From assembly GCA_965203295.1 (NCBI GenBank), contig CBDBCZ010000017.1, forward strand, positions 256,001 through 320,000: a stretch of DNA of 64,000 nt, read 5' to 3'. This document shows positions 53,201 to 64,000 of this stretch, piece after piece. Source of the DNA: Nitrospirales bacterium (GTDB lineage Bacteria; Nitrospirota; Nitrospiria; Nitrospirales; UBA8639). The position numbers and the translations under genes are program-made. Positions within the stretch are counted from its first letter, which is position 1. The number at the start of each line of letters is the position of its first letter. The notes under the pieces were generated by a model. It had not been told where the DNA came from. It ran no database searches and saw nothing but the letters and a program-made list of their open reading frames with translations.

Positions 53201-55776
53201 TATAGTAGTTGCCCACAGCATGGAGGAAACAGCCTAGACAAACCAGTTGTGCTACTAATTAAGTGAAAGTGAAGGAAGAAATGTCATGGCAACACACTGT
53301 TGTGTGACAGAACTCTGATCTATATTGCAGGACCGTTTCAGTGAGAGAGAGAGGAGCGACAGTCTGTGCATGAGATCAATAGTGGCCATGCAGTGTTATT
53401 GGAAACTACAGTGTACATAGAACTTGAAGAAATGCAAATTAAATAGTAAAAAAACAGCTAGTAGCTGACCAAAGCATGGAGGAAACAGATTGTCTGTAGC
53501 TACAAATAAGCAAAAACCATGACATGCGATAGAATCTGTACTACATAGATGATTTAGCCAGAAGAACAGACAATAAGTTACTCACAAGTACATACACGTA
53601 CGTAAATGCTGTCACAACACTAATCATCACTGCAACCTTCCACCTGTGACATGTGCACACTATGATAGCCATGAAAGGTACTACAATCAGCACAACTTTG
53701 TTCCCTTACGATCACATGCCCCACTGTAGATAGTCATTGAAAGTGAAGGAAAAAATGTCATAACAACACACTTTTGCGTGACAGAACTCAGATCTATATT
53801 GCAGGGTTGGGAGCTCTAAGGCTAGTAGCTGTACATGGAATTCTGCATAACCATTGAGAAAAGCAACTACATTATTTGGCAGTGTAAAGTCTGTTTTACT
53901 TAAGCTATACGTTTTACCATGTGACTAAGTACTAGGCTACAGCCATGAAGCTCAGAGCAATCCTTATATGGAAGGCACTGTTAAGTTTGATCCAAGAGCG
54001 ACTTTATAAGCCTAATTAATCATTCACCCACCCACTACTCTACTTATCAGCTCCTAGGCTCAAGCCTTACAGCGTAACAGTTGCAAAGTCCTGTACATAC
54101 TAGAGATACGCATACGCAGTGTAAGCCTCGCGCACGAGCATTCAGTAGGTGTGGTTTGGTAGCACGTGTTTATAATGTGTGAGAATTCGATAGAGAGAAA
54201 GGAGAGGTAGGTAAACGTGCATAAGAATTCCACGAGTTCATCCTTCTCCAAAGGCGAAAATTAACGCGGTGGTGACTTCTGTTTCCCCAGCGAAAAAGAG
54301 CAACTGTTGTTAGCTAAAAAGCATACACACCTCTGATCTTTTAGCTTCGGTTTTGTATGCCGCTCATTGCTTTCCTTTGCATAGTGTAGCAAGATGCCTA
54401 GCCCTTTCCCCACTCGTCTCGCCGTCATCGTTAGACTCCGTGATTCGACTTCAGCCAACACGTGTGGAAGTAGCACGTGAGAACTGAGCCACAAAAGGGC
54501 CGGCCACGCCGTGCGCAGCACGCAGTATAATTGCATTCCTAAGCGTGACACATACATATATATATATATATATATACAAACGCTTGCTGAGATACGATGC
54601 AGGATTAGTTGCCTCGCGCTAAAGCGCTCGGTAATAATGAATCACCTACATGTATACAAATACTATCGCAGTCTCATTCCCAGTTTCCATCCCACAGCTT
54701 TTCACATGCAGTTAAACATGCTGTGAATGAGTACGTGTGGAGGCAATGCATGGAGTGGTATGGAGACAATAACAAGGTGTAAGGACATTTCTTGAACATC
54801 AAACACTCACCTAGTTGGATCCTCGTGTTGACCTTTGCCACCCTGATTCCATAAATCTTTTCAAAGTAGTTTTTGATATCAAATTTTGTCATCCTGCAAT
54901 GTAAGAATAAGAAATAACATCAAAGTAGAACATAAGATATGCTATTGCAACACAGGTTTACAGGATCAAGTGCATGGGTGTTCATGCTCGTAAGTGTGAC
55001 AGTGTTATCGATGTATTTGCTTATGCTTTGCATCGAAGGCATAAAAGAAGTAGCCAAAATCAGCAAATCCATTATGCACCTGTGTACTATTTGTCAGTTC
55101 TCATCAGGGGCTTCCCCGCAATACGATGCAAATTACATGGAACCTCTCACTTCTGAAATAATGACACTTCTATAATAAGAACACTTTGCTGTGTCCCAAG
55201 TAAGCATTCTTATAATGGGAATTTATCCCTGAAATGAGGATACCACTCTATACAGGACACTTCACCATGTCCCCAAGTGTCCACAATATGTACAGGGGTT
55301 CCACTGTATACCATTAAAAGGTCAAATTTTCCTGCAGCTCCTGACGACTATCACCATGGAAACAGAAGCTCACTACTTGAATGCTCATCCTACATATGCA
55401 GTACCTATACTTAAAGAATTGAGAGGATTTTTGATGTCATTTAACTTTGAATGTACGCGGGAAGGCGTTTTGTGGACAAGGTATATGAAAGTATGTCTTA
55501 TAATTAGGCCCTTGATTGTACGAACAGCACCACATGAATTATACTTTCGCGAGGTTTACAATAGGGTTAGGCAACATATTTTTCAATATTTTTATTTTTT
55601 TGCGGTGCCGTTCTTTCCAGTTGATCTGATTGTACTTACTTCATCGGCACGTGGCACTGCACTTGATCGTTCGGCTGCTCCTTACCCGGACAGACCAGCT
55701 TCACAAACCAGTTACACAGGTAGACCTGCTCCGGGGTCCGACGCCTCTTGACCACGTGCCGCAGTCTGGTAGCCAT
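50209..55776 (-). CDS. MRPL23: Mitochondrial ribosomal protein uL23m: exons 55776-55640, 54893-54811, 50916-50843, 50271-50209; 118 aa
   Basis: Spliced product MATRLRHVVKRRRTPEQVYLCNWFVKLVCPGKEQPNDQVQCHVPMK-MTKFDIKNYFEKIYGIRVAKVNTRIQLG-KEKTLWQWNIKRKKPDIKVAYLTL-ADQTFEFPDIY...*. All introns are GT-AG with matching phases. Matches known L23 motifs. Confidence 0.93.
51421..53805. repeat. ~650-670 bp tandem repeat, ~3.6 copies, inside MRPL23 intron 2
   Basis: CATGCAGTGTTATTGGAAACTACA at 51421, 52089, 52741 and 53387. Confidence 0.95.
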
Positions 55777-56050
55777 TATGTTTGATAGCTACCTTTACTC
55801 GCAGTGCTAAAGTTGTAGCTCAGTAAGAAATCGAGGAACTTTTTGACAAGGAGTCGTTGCAGCTCCTTCAGTACTCTGGTCCACCAAGTCTTCGCTGTGG
55901 CAAAGTCATAAAGCCTCGATGTTGAACTCCTCCGGATCCACAACGCACGTGGGTGGTGGGTGGGACTATTAAAAAACGGTGCAATAGGGGTTAATGAACT
56001 TGCGTTAGTAACCCTTTTATCACGATAATTGAGCATGAAAGGATCGAGAC
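55777..56050. promoter_or_regulatory. Probable bidirectional promoter
   Basis: Divergent start codons at 55776 (-) and 56051 (+), only ~275 bp apart. Confidence 0.6.
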
Positions 56051-63014
<6,964 letters not shown>

Positions 63015-63269
63015 GTGAGCACCTACATGTAGCTAGTCTCTAACTTACGTTCTACAGCACTCATCACTTTCAGTATTGGCACGCTGGTACTGAAAGCGAT
63101 CAGTGCTGTGTAATATACATGTAAGTGGGCTGGCTCACGGGACTAACACTGAGTTTGTGGTGGATTTTATTCCAGTTCTCTACATACATGTACATCGTAA
63201 CTACAGTGGAGCCTCCGTATCTCGATCCCTCATTCAATGGCTGTAATATAAGATGTGACTCTTATGTAA

Positions 63270-63450
63270 TATTTAGACACCAGTTTGCAGTGCATTACGG
63301 GATATAGTTAGCGCACGAGGACAATTAAGTACGGTCGAGGGCGGATAATGCACGAGCCGAAGGCGAGTGCATTATCCGCCCGAGACCGTTACTTAATTGT
63401 CCAAGCGCGCTAACTAGTCCCGTAATGCACTACCAACTGGTATCTAAAGT
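63270..63450. repeat. Long hairpin element with a GCCGAAGGC tip
   Basis: GTGCATTACGGGA..GGACAATTAAGTA..GGGCGGATAATGCAC pairs with GTGCATTATCCGCCC..TACTTAATTGTCC..TCCCGTAATGCAC. Confidence 0.85.
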
Positions 63451-64000
63451 ATTTAGTTCACTCACTGACCTGAGACAGCCACGGTTCTGTTGGGCGTTAT
63501 TTAGAAAAGTGTGCACTAATCTTGTTAATGCACACTTAAGTGTGCATTAAGCGATTTAACGTGCGGTCATGTGATCGAGTTTGAGACTTCTGATTCGTCG
63601 AAGGTCACGTGAGTAGCACTAAGCAGTTTTAACATGCATGTTGGGTCCCATAAGTTGGTCGTTGTAAGGACCCATAGAGTGACCCTATTGTAGCGGTTCC
63701 TAAGTCATGAGAGACAACACCCCCACTTTGAACCAGCCAGATACATACTAAACTTTGTACTTTGTGAGCATGTAGGCAAGTAGCAGCTACTGATAGTGAG
63801 TATCGTCCGTTTTTTCATCTCCCGCATGTAGTTCACTCTGTCAGTGATGTCAAGCCAGCGAGCAACTGTGAATGAGATGGTAAGCCATATACGTACATGT
63901 ACCATTTCATTTTAGCACATAATGATGCTCATAGTTATCTGTGTACATGTACATGTACATGTAAACGATGCAAGAATATATCCTATGTTAATATGCCAAG

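Overview
Eukaryotic, intron-containing, repeat-rich DNA with GT-AG introns, microsatellites and many non-autonomous DNA transposons. A demosponge-like animal is my unverified guess. Positions 1-50 kb hold a tandem/inverted array of one small beta-strand-rich protein family: 11 gene copies plus 4 pseudo-exons. All copies share a phase-1 intron at the same position. Subfamily A has five copies (1-19.1 kb, about 202-206 aa, no targeting signal). Subfamily B has six copies (20.5-49.5 kb). Four B copies carry an extra upstream coding exon that looks like a mitochondrial presequence, and the other two lack it. From memory, the core domain resembles an uncharacterised bacterial protein family. This suggests a horizontally acquired gene that gained introns, expanded and was partly retargeted to mitochondria; it needs a homology search. 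One A copy has an AG|GT-containing internal duplication that could be a newborn intron. The window ends with a complete 4-exon MRPL23 gene (minus strand) head-to-head with a multi-exon beta-propeller-like gene (plus strand) that runs off the end. All exon boundaries were read by hand and checked for phase.
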